A DNA stretch of 64,000 nt from Candidatus Poribacteria bacterium (GTDB lineage: Bacteria; Poribacteria; WGA-4E; WGA-3G): the NCBI GenBank assembly GCA_963665235.2, contig CAXXLX010000001.1, positions 2,944,001 to 3,008,000 of the forward strand, in the 5' to 3' direction. Below the pieces are notes generated by a model, which was given only the letters and a program-made list of their open reading frames with translations, searched no databases and was not told where the DNA came from. Positions 60,984-64,000 of this stretch are shown one piece after another. How positions within the stretch are numbered: the first letter of the stretch is position 1; every line of letters begins with the position of its first letter. Position numbers and translations under genes: made by a program.

Positions 60984-62993
60984 ATGTCCCAAGAGACCTC
61001 TTTAAAACGCACCCACTACTGCGGTGACCTGCGCTTAAGCGATTCAGGAACGACCGCCCATCTCAACGGTTGGGTCAAACGTCGTCGCGACCATGGCGGG
61101 GTTATCTTCGTCGATTTGCGCGACCGAACTGGCATCACCCAGGTGGTCTTCGACCCGCAGATTGACGAAGAAGCACATGGCCTTGCGGATAGTGTCAGAA
61201 GCGAATACGTTTTGAACGTCCGCGGCACCGTTCGGGAACGCGCCCCAGGGGAGCTGCTCTTCCAAGCAGATACCACTTACCAAACAGCACTATCCGACGG
61301 CACGTTGTCCCCCGAATTCCGCGCTCTATTTGCGGATGCTGACACCAAATATACGCTATCGGAACACATTGAGATCACCGCGCGTATCCCCAATGAACAG
61401 TGGCTTCTCACCGATGTAGAAAATAGTAGAACATATCACATCGAACGCGAAGCAGACCATCTCTGTGTCTATCAGGGCACTGTCAATCCGGAGCTTGCTA
61501 CGGGAGAAATTGAGATAGCGGTGAATACCTTGCACATTCTCAACATTGCCGAAACGCCGCCGTTTCCCGTTGAGGACGATATTGAGGTAGCAGAAGAGAT
61601 TCGGATGCAGTACCGGTTCATAGACCTGCGACGGCCGACGATGCAGAAAATGCTTGAAATCCGACATAAAGCTACACTTGCGGCACGCAACTATATGCAT
61701 GAACAGGGATTTCTTGAAATTGAAACCCCTATCCTAGCGAACAGCACGCCGGAAGGCGCGCGCGATGTGCTTGTGCCGAGTCGTTATCACCCCGGTAAAT
61801 TCTACGGACTGCCACAATCACCGCAGCAGTTTAAGCAGATTCTCATGATGAGCGGGGTAGATAGATATTTCCAGATAGCTCGATGCTTCCGTGACGAAGA
61901 CACACGCGCAGATAGGCAACTTGAATTCACACAAATTGACATAGAGATGTCTTTTGCAGATGCAGATGATGTACTTGAGGTCACCGAAGGGCTCATGAAA
62001 CGGATATTTGAAGAGGCGGGGGGCATTCCATTACAGATTCCTTTCCCGCGGCTCCCCTATCACGAAGCGATGGCGCGGTTCGGAAGCGATAAACCGGACA
62101 CCCGATTCGGCCTGGAACTTACCGACCTCTCCGATGTCATGGCAGACTGCGATTTTCAGGTGTTCAAGAACGCACTGGCCACCGGCGGACAGGTCAAGGG
62201 CATCGCTGTACCGGGAGGCGCGGACCTCTCACGCAAAGAGATTGATGACCTAACAACGTTTGTTGCCACCTATAAAGCGAAGGGATTGGCGTGGATTAAG
62301 GTAACAGCAGATGGGTTTTCTTCTGGCATCGTCAAGTTTTTCGAAACGGAACAGCTACAAACAGCACAAACGCGAATGGGAGCGGAGCCCGGGGATATCA
62401 TGTTTTTTGTCGCTGACAGCCCGAAAGTCGTGGCAGATGCACTTGGTAACCTCCGCCTGCACCTTGGACGCGAACGCAACCTTATTGACGAGAATCTACA
62501 CAATTTTCTCTGGATTGTCGATTTTCCGCTGTTTGAGTGGCACCCTGAAGAAAACCGGTACAAACCGTTCCATCATATGTTTACCAACGCAACAGCTGAA
62601 ACATTGCCACTATTGGATACGGACCCAGGGAAGGTACAGAGTCAACAGTACGATTTGGTTTGCAACGGTTACGAAATCTGTAGCGGGAGCATCCGAATTC
62701 ACAATTGGGACCTTCAACAAAAGATTTTTGAGATTCTAAAAATCGCACCCGAAGAGATTGAAACCCAATTCAGCTATTTCACAGCTGCATTGAAATACGG
62801 CACCCCACCGCATGCGGGAATCGCCCCCGGATTGGACCGGATTGTGATGCTGATGCGGAACGAGGAGAACATTCGTGAGGTCATCGCGTTTCCAAAAACA
62901 CAACAGGGAATCTGTTCACTCACCCAGGCCCCCTCTCACGTGTCAGATGAACAATTAGAGGAGCTATCAATTCGCATAGATGCGGAAGCGTAA
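60984..62993 (+). CDS. aspS: aspartate-tRNA ligase (likely non-discriminating) with a ~76-aa insertion
   Basis: RTHYCG, RRDHGG, YRFIDLRR, LPQSPQ, CFRDED, GLDR. Confidence 0.97.
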   Translation: MSQETSLKRTHYCGDLRLSDSGTTAHLNGWVKRRRDHGGVIFVDLRDRTGITQVVFDPQIDEEAHGLADSVRSEYVLNVRGTVRERAPGELLFQADTTYQTALSDGTLSPEFRALFADADTKYTLSEHIEITARIPNEQWLLTDVENSRTYHIEREADHLCVYQGTVNPELATGEIEIAVNTLHILNIAETPPFPVEDDIEVAEEIRMQYRFIDLRRPTMQKMLEIRHKATLAARNYMHEQGFLEIETPILANSTPEGARDVLVPSRYHPGKFYGLPQSPQQFKQILMMSGVDRYFQIARCFRDEDTRADRQLEFTQIDIEMSFADADDVLEVTEGLMKRIFEEAGGIPLQIPFPRLPYHEAMARFGSDKPDTRFGLELTDLSDVMADCDFQVFKNALATGGQVKGIAVPGGADLSRKEIDDLTTFVATYKAKGLAWIKVTADGFSSGIVKFFETEQLQTAQTRMGAEPGDIMFFVADSPKVVADALGNLRLHLGRERNLIDENLHNFLWIVDFPLFEWHPEENRYKPFHHMFTNATAETLPLLDTDPGKVQSQQYDLVCNGYEICSGSIRIHNWDLQQKIFEILKIAPEEIETQFSYFTAALKYGTPPHAGIAPGLDRIVMLMRNEENIREVIAFPKTQQGICSLTQAPSHVSDEQLEELSIRIDAEA

Positions 62994-63004
62994 GGAGAAA
63001 AATA

Positions 63005-64000
63005 ATGAATGAAAACGGAAATAGTAAAAGTAGCCTCGGGCTGCTCATCGGAATCGTCATTGCTATCATCGCTGGCACGCTTATCGGCGGCTTCGCCCCC
63101 GGGGTTGCTAAGCATACCGACATCCTTGGTGAGGTCTTCCTGAAACTACTCAAGATGATAGTCGTGCCGCTCGTCATGTTATCAATGATAGTTGGCATTA
63201 CCAACCTGGGCGACATCCGCAACCTCGGCAGCATAGGTGGCAGAACCGTGCTGTACTATGTGGCAACGACAGGTTTATCTGTCCTGGTCGGAATCATTCT
63301 TGTCAACATGATTGCACCCGGTAGGGGGCTCTCCCAAGGGGAAGAGAAAGCCGATTTAAGCTATACCCTTAGCGGTGAGAAGATGCACACCGTCACTCTG
63401 GACGGACAGTTCGACCGGACCTATAACGAAAAATATGTCGTCACGCTGGTCGACCAAAATGTTAAAGGGAACGTGGAATCTATATCGGACACCTCCGTGA
63501 CCGTGGAGGAATGGACGCTTTTAGATGAACGGGCAGATTACATGGAAACCGAAAGCGGTAAGCGGGTGCTGTTCCTTGATGGAACGCTTGCTGATGTCCA
63601 ACTTCAAAGCACCGGACAAGGTATAGCCATTGGACTTCCGATTGCTACCGCAGTAGAAAACAAAAAAGAACGCGATATGTGGGGGACGCTTAAAGAGGTC
63701 CTGCTCGGAAACCCGGCCACCGAAAAGGAGGGGATGATTCCGGAGAACGTTTTCAAAGCGATGGCGAACATGGATATCCTTCCCTTAATCTTTTTCTCAC
63801 TTCTCATCGGTGGGGCTTTATCGGTCCTCGGTGAACGTGGTCGCACGGCTATTCAAGTGATTTCGGACTTAAATGATGGCGTTATGCAAATCGTCCATTG
63901 GATTATGTATATTGCTCCTATCGGCATCTTTGGGTTAATTGCAGGTCGCATTGGTGAAGCGAAGGGGTTTGCAGGCTTCTGGCCCGAGTTAGTGGCTGTC
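63005..64000 (+). CDS. dicarboxylate/amino acid:cation symporter (DAACS/GltP family), 3'-truncated by the window edge
   Basis: FLKLLKMIVVPLV, IPENVFKAM, YIAPIGIFGL; frame is open to the window end. Confidence 0.92.
   Translation, partial: MNENGNSKSSLGLLIGIVIAIIAGTLIGGFAPGVAKHTDILGEVFLKLLKMIVVPLVMLSMIVGITNLGDIRNLGSIGGRTVLYYVATTGLSVLVGIILVNMIAPGRGLSQGEEKADLSYTLSGEKMHTVTLDGQFDRTYNEKYVVTLVDQNVKGNVESISDTSVTVEEWTLLDERADYMETESGKRVLFLDGTLADVQLQSTGQGIAIGLPIATAVENKKERDMWGTLKEVLLGNPATEKEGMIPENVFKAMANMDILPLIFFSLLIGGALSVLGERGRTAIQVISDLNDGVMQIVHWIMYIAPIGIFGLIAGRIGEAKGFAGFWPELVAV

Noticed and set aside
61248-61475. Intein or intron in aspS
   Set aside because: No C/S...HN-C/S/T splice residues, too short, and the frame is open throughout

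Overview
This is a bacterial chromosomal window, most likely Ca. Poribacteria or a relative. That assignment is an inference from LamG and beta-propeller proteins ending in a shared GKLAT.W..LK motif, two PhyH dioxygenases, two sulfatases, Uma2/PIN/DUF433 genes and dense MITE/REP-like repeats. Housekeeping genes (prs, gpmI, gap-tpiA-secG, mazG, nfi, aspS, uxaC-like, trmJ-like) are mixed with sugar and sulfate catabolism genes, an octaheme HAO-like cytochrome with a membrane partner, and several toxin-antitoxin or defence-like modules (AAA+nuclease, proteasome-like protease with a PIN TA pair, AlbA/HATPase, TIR, ParA+HEPN). The strongest signal missed by the ORF track is two tandem lipoprotein genes (4827-5204, 5266-5694). 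Their apparent TGA stop lies at the first Cys of an HMA GMT-CxxC motif and is followed by a SECIS-like hairpin, suggesting membrane-anchored UxxC selenoprotein metal-binding domains. Other notable items are a promoter-driven structured transcript or possible selenopeptide at about 37.6-37.9 kb, a sigma54 promoter upstream of a small membrane peptide, a 213-bp tandem array with palindromes at 56.0-56.7 kb, an orphan TnpB omegaRNA-like element, a ~76-aa insertion in AspRS and a GlmU-DUF89 fusion. All family calls come from motif recognition; no database searches were run.
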